Below, piece by piece: positions 10,358 to 18,983 of a DNA stretch of 64,000 nucleotides. Origin of the DNA: Rikenellaceae bacterium (GTDB taxonomy: Bacteria > Bacteroidota > Bacteroidia > Bacteroidales > Rikenellaceae). The stretch is taken from NCBI GenBank assembly GCA_015060065.1, contig SUZF01000008.1, positions 19,316 to 83,315 of the forward strand, given 5' to 3'. The notes below the pieces were generated by a model, which was not told the origin of the DNA, made no database searches, and saw only the letters and a list, made by a program, of their open reading frames with translations. Both the position numbers and the translations under genes were made by a program. Every line of letters begins with the position of its first letter. Within the stretch, counting starts at the first letter, position 1.

Positions 10358-11521
10358 TTATTCGTCGATTGTAAGTTCGATCTTTGGGTGTTGGTAGTCT
10401 GCTTGCCACATATTATCCACATGGAATACCGGAGCAGAGTGTTCGCCGGTCTCTTTGTTTGCATACAGACTTACCATTATCGACTGGAACGGCTCCAATA
10501 CGTAAGTAGTCTTACCACGACGCAAATTCAACAAAATGGAAGAGGTGTTCGTAAGGCGAACCATACGCTTCTTCTCATCAACACTTGTCACACGGCAATC
10601 CACAGCGGCATTCACAAACTCATTGAGCCACGACTCTTCGCCCACCAGATATCCGCACGAATAGGCGATGGTACGTCTTTGCAGGATTGCCTCTTTTACA
10701 GCCGCTTCGGTCAGCTCCTCCGCCAAGACTATGGTCATCGTGCGGAACACGCCCGCCTCGTCAAAGCGTGCATCCGTCAAGGAGTGTTCGTCGGTGTTGG
10801 CAAACATCGTAAGATTTTCATCAATACAACGTCGCACGATGTGTGGGTAGAAGGTACGGCCATTGATAACCTCCGCGCCATCGACCAAACCTTCGCCATA
10901 AACCTGCTGGTGAAACTCGGTCTTGTCGCTGGTCTTACGTCGCCATGCCGGGTGGTTGTGGATTACAATGCCTCCCTGTGCCTTTGCTTTGCGTAGAGCC
11001 TCGGCAGGGTCCTTATCGAAAGCCGCATCAATATCCGACAAAAAGAGCAGGTTGAAGTGACCCACATCTTCGGGCTTGCGGGTAATTTCACCACCCTTTA
11101 CAAGCAACATCGGATATCCCGACTTCTCCAACTGCGACACAGCCTCCTCATGAATCTTGTTGTGGCTAACTTTTGCCATCTTATAGTTGATAACCGTCGA
11201 GTCCTTCATCGAGATAGTTTTGAGCATGTTTCTCACTCCCGAATGGTGTTCATAATGGTCGGTAATCGCCACGATATCCAAACCATCCAACCATGCTTCG
11301 ATTACGCGAGCCGCAGGGTTCAACCTGCCATCAGAGTAGGTTGTGTGAACATGAAAATCGCCTTTGTAACAGTTGTAACCCTTGACTTTGGGCAAGATAA
11401 TCTCTGTACGGGTAGTCGTGTTCTTGGACGAGATTCCGACAGCATGCGGAATAGGCTTTTGTGCCGTTGTTGTCGAGATGCAGAGAGCCACAGAGGCGAG
11501 CATCAAAAAGAACTTCTTCAT
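10358..11521 (-). CDS. Secreted PHP-domain (histidinol-phosphatase-like) metallohydrolase
   Basis: Signal peptide; GDFHVHTTYSDG, AITDH, GHFN, NHP, NTDEH metal motifs. Confidence 0.8.
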   Translation of the reverse strand: MKKFFLMLASVALCISTTTAQKPIPHAVGISSKNTTTRTEIILPKVKGYNCYKGDFHVHTTYSDGRLNPAARVIEAWLDGLDIVAITDHYEHHSGVRNMLKTISMKDSTVINYKMAKVSHNKIHEEAVSQLEKSGYPMLLVKGGEITRKPEDVGHFNLLFLSDIDAAFDKDPAEALRKAKAQGGIVIHNHPAWRRKTSDKTEFHQQVYGEGLVDGAEVINGRTFYPHIVRRCIDENLTMFANTDEHSLTDARFDEAGVFRTMTIVLAEELTEAAVKEAILQRRTIAYSCGYLVGEESWLNEFVNAAVDCRVTSVDEKKRMVRLTNTSSILLNLRRGKTTYVLEPFQSIMVSLYANKETGEHSAPVFHVDNMWQADYQHPKIELTIDE

Positions 11522-11569
11522 AGGTAGTTGTTTTTATGGTTAATTCGTTTATATTCGGTAATCTAACTG

Positions 11570-11714
11570 CAAAAATAACATAAATTTTTCAGACTGCGCA
11601 ATGCGAAGTTATCAAAGTTGATCATCATCCCGAAAAACACACCTCTCCCACGAGCCTTTTCTTACCTTTTTTGTCTGTTTTTATTTGGGAGATACTTTTT
11701 TTTCTTTAACTTTG
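11570..11714. promoter_or_regulatory. Divergent promoter pair
   Basis: Minus-strand TATTTTTG at 11570-11577 and plus-strand TAACTTTG at 11707-11714. Confidence 0.6.
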
Positions 11715-11759
11715 CGAAAACAAATCCGACGAAAGACCAAAAACTATAAAAACTTTACC

Positions 11760-13190
11760 ATGGACAGATTAGAATTTTTGAAAAGACTGGGTGTGCTGAC
11801 CGTAGGCGCATCGCTCGTAGGCATTGATGCAAAAGCAATGGTTTCGGATGGCGATTTGATGGAAGATGCAATTCCCGAAATTGCCGCTGCGGAGAAGATC
11901 AGCACCAAAATTGAGCCGTTGAAGGCTGTGGTACCGAAACCCATTACCGTGATGGTTATCGGTGGCGGTAATCGTGGTTGGACTTACGCTCGTTATGCTG
12001 AAAAATTCCCCGAAGCGATGAAGGTTGTCGGCATTGCCGACCTCAACCCTTTCCGTCGCGAGAGAATGCAGAAAGCGCATAACATTCCCGCAGAGAATAT
12101 CTTCGAAAATTTCAATGAGGCTCTCTCGAAGCCCAAGTTTGCAGACGCAGTGATTATCGCAACTCCCGACAATCTCCACTACGAGCCTTGCATGAAGGCT
12201 TTGGCATTGGGTTACGACGTGCTTCTTGAGAAGCCCGTTGCACCGACCGAGAAGGAGTGCCGCGACATCTTGAAGCAGGCTCGCAAGTACAATCGTATCG
12301 TTGCCGTATGCCACGTTTTGCGTTATGCCCCCTACTTCCGCGCATTGAAAGAGGTGGTGGATTCGGGAGCAATCGGAGATTTGGTGAGCATCCAGCACAT
12401 GGAACCTATCGAACACAAACACATGGCTCACTCGTATGTTCGTGGTAACTGGCCCTTGGCAGAGAAGACTACACCGATTATCCTCGCGAAGTCGTGCCAC
12501 GACCTCGACATTATGCGCTGGATTGTAAATAAGCCTTGCGAGGTTATCTCGGCAGAGGGTTCGCTCCATCTGTTCCGTCGCGAGAATATGCCCGAAGGAG
12601 CAACCGAGCGTTGTATCGATAATGCCGACGGCAGAGATTGTCCGCACGAGAAAGAGTGTCCCTACTCGGCAAAACACATCTATCTCGAAAAGAAGAAGCA
12701 CACCTACGTATTTGACGTTCCGAATAAAGACCCCAAACTTATCCGCGAGAAGTTGAAGACCACCAACTATGGCCGTTGCGTATTCCAGTGCAACAACGAC
12801 CAGTGCGACCACTATGTGGCTGCTATCCGTTTCAAGGATGGTGTTACGGCAAGTTTCACGATGGATGCATTCACTCCGTGGGGAGGACGTCGTACCCGCA
12901 TTATGGGTACCAAGGGCTTTATCGAGGGCGATATGAAGACCTTTAAGTTCTACGATTTCCGCACCGGCCACACCAGCATCTGGGACCAGAAGGTTAGCGA
13001 GATTGCAGACTATAAGGGTTCGGGTCACGGTGGTGGCGACCACGCTCTGGTGCGCGACTTCGTGCGTGCGGTATCGGCACAAGACGAGAACCTGCTTTCG
13101 AGTACCATCGACGTATCTATCGAGAGCCACGTTATGGGCTTTATGGCAGAGAAGAGCCGTAAGTCGATGAAGAAGGTAAAGGTCGAGTAA
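11760..13190 (+). CDS. Gfo/Idh/MocA family oxidoreductase with Tat-like leader
   Basis: IGGGNRG Rossmann motif, IATPD, LLEKP, AKSCHDLD, GHGGGD; N-terminus MDRLEFLK. Confidence 0.88.
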   Translation: MDRLEFLKRLGVLTVGASLVGIDAKAMVSDGDLMEDAIPEIAAAEKISTKIEPLKAVVPKPITVMVIGGGNRGWTYARYAEKFPEAMKVVGIADLNPFRRERMQKAHNIPAENIFENFNEALSKPKFADAVIIATPDNLHYEPCMKALALGYDVLLEKPVAPTEKECRDILKQARKYNRIVAVCHVLRYAPYFRALKEVVDSGAIGDLVSIQHMEPIEHKHMAHSYVRGNWPLAEKTTPIILAKSCHDLDIMRWIVNKPCEVISAEGSLHLFRRENMPEGATERCIDNADGRDCPHEKECPYSAKHIYLEKKKHTYVFDVPNKDPKLIREKLKTTNYGRCVFQCNNDQCDHYVAAIRFKDGVTASFTMDAFTPWGGRRTRIMGTKGFIEGDMKTFKFYDFRTGHTSIWDQKVSEIADYKGSGHGGGDHALVRDFVRAVSAQDENLLSSTIDVSIESHVMGFMAEKSRKSMKKVKVE

Positions 13191-13217
13191 TCTCCACGAG
13201 ATGTACAGACTGTTAGA

Positions 13218-13257
13218 GGGGCTGTCCAACAGAGATGTTGCGACAGCCCCTTCTCTT
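13218..13257 (+). terminator. Intrinsic terminator
   Basis: GGGGCTGTC...GACAGCCCC stem with inner CAACA/TGTTG followed by TTCTCTT. Confidence 0.6.
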
Positions 13258-13418
13258 GTCGAAGTGGTGTGAAAAGATGTTTTTCGGCTCTTCTGCTCTA
13301 TTATTCAGCAATCGCAGACTGCGGATGCCATTCGCCCTAAAAGCCAACAGCCAAGGGTCAATTATTTCAATTTGTAAGATTTGCATTAAAAAGATGCCTG
13401 TTTTTTGGCAAAATTTCG

Positions 13419-13426
13419 TATCTTTG
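13419..13426 (+). promoter_or_regulatory. -7 box (TATCTTTG) for kbl operon
   Basis: Motif 34 bp upstream of kbl ATG. Confidence 0.7.
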
Positions 13427-13459
13427 TAACAAATAATAACAAAACAACATTTTTGCCCT

Positions 13460-14647
13460 ATGTACGGAAAAATCAAAGAGCATCTGCAAGCCGAATTGCA
13501 GTCAATTCGCGAGGCTGGTCTTTACAAGACCGAGCGCATAATCTGCTCGCCACAGCGTGCGGAGATTACCGTTGCCGGAAAGCCGGTATTAAACTTCTGC
13601 GCAAACAACTATCTCGGACTCTCGGATAATCCGCGCCTTATCGAGGCTGCAAAACGCACTATGGATGAGCGTGGATTCGGAATGTCGTCGGTACGCTTTA
13701 TCTGTGGTTGTCAGGATATCCACAAAGAACTTGAACAGGCTATTGCCGACTACTTCGGCACCGAGGACACAATTCTCTACGCAGCCTGCTTCGATGCCAA
13801 TGGCGGAGTCTTCGAGCCTCTGCTGACCGAGCAGGATGCCATCATCTCCGACTCGCTCAATCACGCCTCGATTATTGACGGAGTGCGCCTTTGCAAGGCG
13901 GTGCGTTATCGCTATGCCAATGCCGATATGGACGAGTTGGAAAACTGCCTGAAAATGGCACAGGCGCAGCGTTTCCGTATCATCGTAACCGACGGAGTAT
14001 TCTCGATGGACGGCAACGCGGCACCGCTCGACAAGATTTGCGCTCTGGCTCGCAAGTACGATGCTTTGGTAATGGTTGATGAGTGTCACTCGGCAGGTGT
14101 TCTGGGTGCTACGGGTCGCGGCATTACCGAACTCTACAACCTGCGTGGCGAGGTTGATATTCTCACCGGCACTCTTGGCAAGGCGTTTGGAGGTGCTGTG
14201 GGTGGATTTACCACGGGTCGTAAGGAGATTATCGACATGTTGCGCCAACGCTCGCGTCCCTACCTCTTCTCGAACTCGCTGCCCCCCGCAGTTGTGGGAG
14301 CCGGCATCGAACTCTTCAAGATGCTTGCCGAGAGCGACGAGATTCACGACCGCTTGGTGGCGAATGTCGAGCATTTCCGCGCCAAGATGTTGGCAGCAGG
14401 CTTCGACATCAAGCCTACACAGTCGGCAATATGTGCCGTAATGCTCTACGATGCCAAGTTGTCGCAGGATTTTGCAGCCAAATTGCAGGAAGAGGGTGTT
14501 TTCGTTACGGGATTCTACTATCCGGTGGTACCGAAGGGCCAGGCGCGTATCCGCGTGCAGGTGTCGGCAGGTCACACCACCGAACAACTTGACCGTTGCG
14601 TCGAGGCATTTATCAAGGTTGGTAAGGAGTTGAATGTTATAAAATAG
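13460..14647 (+). CDS. kbl: 2-amino-3-ketobutyrate CoA ligase (glycine C-acetyltransferase)
   Basis: LNFCANNYLGL, GFGMSSVRFICG, SDSLNHASIIDG, VDECH, TGTLGKAFGG, QARIRVQ. Confidence 0.96.
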   Translation: MYGKIKEHLQAELQSIREAGLYKTERIICSPQRAEITVAGKPVLNFCANNYLGLSDNPRLIEAAKRTMDERGFGMSSVRFICGCQDIHKELEQAIADYFGTEDTILYAACFDANGGVFEPLLTEQDAIISDSLNHASIIDGVRLCKAVRYRYANADMDELENCLKMAQAQRFRIIVTDGVFSMDGNAAPLDKICALARKYDALVMVDECHSAGVLGATGRGITELYNLRGEVDILTGTLGKAFGGAVGGFTTGRKEIIDMLRQRSRPYLFSNSLPPAVVGAGIELFKMLAESDEIHDRLVANVEHFRAKMLAAGFDIKPTQSAICAVMLYDAKLSQDFAAKLQEEGVFVTGFYYPVVPKGQARIRVQVSAGHTTEQLDRCVEAFIKVGKELNVIK

Positions 14648-14655
14648 CAAGAGTT

Positions 14656-15123
14656 ATGAAGCCCCTGTTTGACGAGATTGATCGTAAGATTCTAAAATTT
14701 TTGATTGGCAATGCCCGTATGCCATTCCTCGAAATCGCTCGCGAGTGCGGAATTTCCGGTGCTGCGATTCATCAGCGTATCAAGAAGTTGGAGGATTCGG
14801 GTGTGATTCTGGGCAGTCGTCTGATTGTCGATCCCAAGAAGATGGGATTTGACGTCTGCGCCTTTATCAGCATCCGTATTCAGGACCCGCAGTTGCAACT
14901 CCGCACTGTCGAGGAGTTGAAGCGCATCCCGGAGATTGTGGAGTGCCACTTCATTACGGGAACATACAACGTGATGGTCAAACTCTACTGCGTGGATAAC
15001 GACCACTTGATGAAGACCATCTTCAACTGCATCCTACCCGTGCCGGGCGTCTCGACCACGCAGACTTACATCTCGCTCAACGAGGCGTTCCAACGTCAGG
15101 TGCATGTAGATTGCTTGGATTAG
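14656..15123 (+). CDS. Lrp/AsnC family transcriptional regulator
   Basis: DEIDRKIL...NARMPFLEIARECGISGAAIHQRIKKL HTH; C-terminal AsnC domain. Confidence 0.93.
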   Translation: MKPLFDEIDRKILKFLIGNARMPFLEIARECGISGAAIHQRIKKLEDSGVILGSRLIVDPKKMGFDVCAFISIRIQDPQLQLRTVEELKRIPEIVECHFITGTYNVMVKLYCVDNDHLMKTIFNCILPVPGVSTTQTYISLNEAFQRQVHVDCLD

Positions 15124-15127
15124 GGGT

Positions 15128-15577
15128 ATGGCACGCATAAGACTTACCAAGGAGTTCTCCTTCGAATCGGCACACGCCCTCGAAGGGTATGACGGCAAGT
15201 GTCGCCACATTCACGGACACTCTTATCGCCTCTATGTCACCATTATCGGCGAGCCGATAGCGGACCCCGCCAATCCCAAGTATGGTATGGTTATGGACTT
15301 TGGCGCATTGAAGGCCCTGGTGGGCGAGGAGGTGGTCGATAGGATGGACCACGCCTTTGTGATGCGTCGCACGGAGAGTGCCGATGAGGTCAGCATGGTT
15401 TTGAGCGAAGGTTTTGGCAATGTGGTCTTGGTGGATTACCAGCCCACCTGCGAAAATATGCTCACAGACTTTGCCGCACGCATCTCGCGACGACTGCCCG
15501 AAGGCGTTGCGCTTCACTCGCTGAAAATGTACGAAACAGCCACCTCGTTTGCCGAATGGTATGCCGAGGATAATTAA
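15128..15577 (+). CDS. queD: 6-carboxytetrahydropterin synthase
   Basis: FESAHAL, CRHIHGHSY, DFGALK, PTCEN, ETATS. Confidence 0.9.
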   Translation: MARIRLTKEFSFESAHALEGYDGKCRHIHGHSYRLYVTIIGEPIADPANPKYGMVMDFGALKALVGEEVVDRMDHAFVMRRTESADEVSMVLSEGFGNVVLVDYQPTCENMLTDFAARISRRLPEGVALHSLKMYETATSFAEWYAEDN

Positions 15578-15602
15578 CAAACACGCAGAGTAACACCACT
15601 TT

Positions 15603-18503
15603 ATGAAAAAACTCTTTCTGGTCGATGCCTACGCATTGATTTTCAAATACTACTACGCCTTTATGGGGCGCCCGATGCGTAATCGCTCCGGGATGAATAC
15701 CTCGATACTCTTCGGCTTCACGAAGTTTCTGCGCGACATTCAGAAGCGCGAGAAGCCCGACCTGCTCGGTGTGGCATTCGACCCGAAGGATGGCTCGTTC
15801 CGCAAGGATATATTCCCCGAATACAAGGCCAATCGACCGGCAACACCCGAAGATATCATCGAGTCGGTACCATACATCAAACGACTGCTCGATGCGATGT
15901 GTATTCCCATTCTCGAAGTCGAGAACTATGAGGCTGATGACGTAATCGGCACACTCGCATTCAAAGGTGCCGCTGCGGGTTACGAGGTCTATATGGTTAC
16001 GCCCGACAAAGATTATGGTCAGTTAGTGGGCGAACACCGCCACCTCTACAAGCAGAAGGGCGATGGTATCGAGGTTGTAAAGAGTGCCGATATCTGCGAA
16101 AAATATGGCATCGAAGACCCGATTTTGGTGCGCGATATTCTAGCTTTGTGGGGCGACTCGTCAGACAACATTCCCGGAGTGCCGGGCATAGGCGAGAAGG
16201 GGGCATGCAAGTTGGTTCGCACGTGGGGCACTGCCGAGAATATCCTCGCCAATGCCGGCAACATCGGGGGAAAGATCGGTGCCAACATTGCCGAGTGGGG
16301 CGACAAACTCCTGCTGGCAAAGCGTCTGACCACAATCTGCCTCGATGTGCCTATCGAGTTCCGCCCGGAGGAGCTGACGGTCTGCTGTCCGCATATCGAT
16401 ACGTTGAAGGCTCTCTTTGCCGAGTTGGATTTTAGGATGTTTATGAACGACTTGGCAAACCTTGCGCCTGCCGAGGAGATTACCGACATCCCCCAGCAGG
16501 CTCCACAGACTCAACTTGCCGAGGTTGCACGTGCAAAGTCACACGCATTGAAGCAGGCTCGGTTGGAGGGTCAGGGCGACCTCTTTGCTCAATTTGAAGC
16601 ACCGACAACACCCGCACCAACACTGTTTGCATCTACGACAGATGTCGCTGCCGAGTCGGAGATGGCGACAACAGAGGTCGAGGATGAACTTATGCCCGCC
16701 ACAGCCCAGACGACCCCGCACGACTACCGCACAATCTACTCTGCCGAGGAGTTGCGTAAAGTTGTTGCAGAGATATCTCGCTACAAAGAGTTCTGCTTCG
16801 ACACCGAGACTATGGGACTCGACATCTTCAACGACCGCATAGTGGGTCTTTCGTTGGCGGTAGAGCCACACAAGGCGTGGTACGTCCCATTCAGCGGTCT
16901 AAACAACGAGGAGTACGCCTCGATTCTGCGCCCGCTCTTTGAGTGTGAGCAGATTGCAAAAATCGGGCAGAACATAAAGTTCGATATAATGGTTTTGAGC
17001 CGTCTGGGCATCAAAGTCGCAGGTCGCAAGTTCGACACGATGATTCTCCACTACCTGCTCGACCCCGAATCGCGCCATGGTATGAATCAACTCGCCCTGC
17101 GCTATCTGAATTACAAGCCCATCGAAATCGAGACCCTTATCGGTCGCGGAGCAAAGCAGCTGACGATGGATTTGGTTGCTATCGAGCGCGTGGCAGAGTA
17201 TGCTGCCGAGGATGCCGACATCACGTTGCAACTCAAACACGCCCTGCTGCCCCTCGTCGAGGAGCAGGGACTGCTCAACCTCTACTTCGACATCGAGGAG
17301 CCGATGATTGACGTGCTGGCAGAGATGGAACTTACGGGTGTCTGCATCGACTCCGCCCTGCTGAACAACTACTCCGTAGAACTCAACGCCCGACTTTTGG
17401 AACTTGAACGTCAGGTGCGCGAGGAGGCCGGCGAGCCGTCATTGAACATCAACTCCACACGTCAGTTGGGCGAGGTGCTTTTCGCGAAGATGCGCATAAC
17501 CGACAAGCCCAAGATGACCAAAACCAAGCAGTTCTGCACCGATGAGGAGTATCTGCAAGGCTTCGCCCACGACCACCATATCGTGAAACTCATTCTTGAA
17601 TATCGCGGTGTGAAAAAACTCCTTTCGACGTACGTCGAGGCTTTGCCACTATTGGTAAATCGCACCACCGGCCGCATCCATACATCTTTTAATCAGGCTG
17701 TTACCGCTACCGGTCGTCTCTCTTCCGCCAACCCCAACCTGCAAAATATCCCCGTACGCGAGGAACAGGGACGTCGTATTCGCGAGGCGTTCATACCCTC
17801 GGACGAGGATCATCTGCTCCTCTCGGCAGATTACAGTCAGGTAGAGTTGCGCGTAATGGCACATTTGAGCGGTGACGAGTCGCTCATAGCAGCCTTCCGC
17901 AATGGCGAAGATATCCACGCAGCCACTGCCGCCCGTCTCTTCGGCAAGAGCCTCGATGAGGTCTCCGGCGAGGAGCGTCGCAGAGCCAAGACCGCCAACT
18001 TCGGCATAATATACGGCATCTCGGTATTCGGATTAAGTCAGAGATTGGAGTTGCCCCGTGCAGAGGCGAAGGCGATAATCGAGGGCTACTTCACGTCATA
18101 CCCGAAGGTCAAGGAGTATATGGATGGCGCAGCCGAATCGGCACGCGAGAAGGGCTACGTATCGACAATATTCGGTCGTCGTCGCTACTTGAACGACATC
18201 GCCTCACGCAATGCCGTGGCTCGCGGTCTGGCAGAGCGCAACGCCATAAATGCACCTATTCAGGGCAGTGCTGCCGATATTATGAAGATGGCAATGGTCG
18301 CCATAGCCCGCGAATTTAAGGCGCAAGGATTGCAGTCCAAAATGATTTTGCAGGTACACGATGAGGTTATTATCGACATGCTGCGCTCCGAGCAAGAACA
18401 GGTAATACAAATCGTTACCCACGCCATGGAGAGTGCCGCCTCATTGAGCGTTCCCCTGACTACCGACTACGGCATCGGCTCCAACTGGCTCGAAGCACAC
18501 TAA
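15603..18503 (+). CDS. polA: DNA polymerase I
   Basis: 5'-3' exo (EADDVIGT, GDSSDNIPGVPGIGEK), 3'-5' exo (FDTET, GQNIKFD, YAAEDAD), polymerase (TGRLSS, DYSQVELR, AKTANFGIIYG, QVHDE). Confidence 0.98.
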   Translation: MKKLFLVDAYALIFKYYYAFMGRPMRNRSGMNTSILFGFTKFLRDIQKREKPDLLGVAFDPKDGSFRKDIFPEYKANRPATPEDIIESVPYIKRLLDAMCIPILEVENYEADDVIGTLAFKGAAAGYEVYMVTPDKDYGQLVGEHRHLYKQKGDGIEVVKSADICEKYGIEDPILVRDILALWGDSSDNIPGVPGIGEKGACKLVRTWGTAENILANAGNIGGKIGANIAEWGDKLLLAKRLTTICLDVPIEFRPEELTVCCPHIDTLKALFAELDFRMFMNDLANLAPAEEITDIPQQAPQTQLAEVARAKSHALKQARLEGQGDLFAQFEAPTTPAPTLFASTTDVAAESEMATTEVEDELMPATAQTTPHDYRTIYSAEELRKVVAEISRYKEFCFDTETMGLDIFNDRIVGLSLAVEPHKAWYVPFSGLNNEEYASILRPLFECEQIAKIGQNIKFDIMVLSRLGIKVAGRKFDTMILHYLLDPESRHGMNQLALRYLNYKPIEIETLIGRGAKQLTMDLVAIERVAEYAAEDADITLQLKHALLPLVEEQGLLNLYFDIEEPMIDVLAEMELTGVCIDSALLNNYSVELNARLLELERQVREEAGEPSLNINSTRQLGEVLFAKMRITDKPKMTKTKQFCTDEEYLQGFAHDHHIVKLILEYRGVKKLLSTYVEALPLLVNRTTGRIHTSFNQAVTATGRLSSANPNLQNIPVREEQGRRIREAFIPSDEDHLLLSADYSQVELRVMAHLSGDESLIAAFRNGEDIHAATAARLFGKSLDEVSGEERRRAKTANFGIIYGISVFGLSQRLELPRAEAKAIIEGYFTSYPKVKEYMDGAAESAREKGYVSTIFGRRRYLNDIASRNAVARGLAERNAINAPIQGSAADIMKMAMVAIAREFKAQGLQSKMILQVHDEVIIDMLRSEQEQVIQIVTHAMESAASLSVPLTTDYGIGSNWLEAH

Positions 18504-18866
18504 ACCTCTTTAATCTCCCTAAATTATTTCTCTGGGGATTATGGGTAGCGCAGTCTGCGACTGCTTATGGGGAAATTGGGGAGAATGGGAAAACTGGGGA
18601 AATTGGGAAGATTAGGGAGTTTAAGGAATTTAGGGAATCAACGCCTAACTCCTTAAACTCTCTATACTCTCTAAATTAGCCATCAGCCACTTAATTATCA
18701 ATTATCAATTATCAATTGTCAATTCCCCATAAGCGACCTCGGTCGCGCTCCCCATACTCCCCATAAGCAGGAGCATGGCGACTGCGCCCCCGGTATCCTC
18801 AAAGCCCCCCCCCAAAAAAAACTCCTCCCCTGTTTTAGGGGCGGTGGTCGAAGACCGGAGGGGTCG
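18504..18866. repeat. Modular intergenic foldback repeat, copy B
   Basis: Begins within 10 bp of the polA stop; 18590-18806 is the near-identical reverse complement of about 733-950; AATTRTC x4 at 18693-18724; C9-A8 run; GGTC-GAA-GACC hairpin. Confidence 0.9.
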
Positions 18867-18930
18867 GAGGATAGGCCAGTGGCTTTTTGTAGGGTCGATT
18901 ATCAAACGTCTAAACCATCTTTAACAGCAC

Positions 18931-18958
18931 AAAGGGCTGCCTCGGAAAAGGCAGCCCT
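18931..18958. terminator. Terminator hairpin between convergent polA and lipoprotein genes
   Basis: AGGGCTGCCT-CGGAAA-AGGCAGCCCT perfect 10-bp stem. Confidence 0.6.
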
Positions 18959-18983
18959 CGATTTATGCAAAAATTGAGTTGTA

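Noticed and set aside
10413-10421. DnaA box TTATCCACA
   Set aside because: Single copy inside a coding sequence, no cluster or unwinding element
11769-13229. Long antisense ORFs (also 1682-2782, 2893-4047, 13589-14650, 38730-40079, 53063-54019, 54166-55221, 61784-62995)
   Set aside because: Shadow frames opposite well-supported genes, expected from codon bias at this GC content; no recognisable motifs
13218-13250. GGGGCTGTC/GACAGCCCC (and GGGCGTGTTCC/GGACACGCCC at 38515-38544) as IS terminal inverted repeats
   Set aside because: No transposase or target duplication; position after stop codons fits terminators, although an IS-end ancestry cannot be excluded
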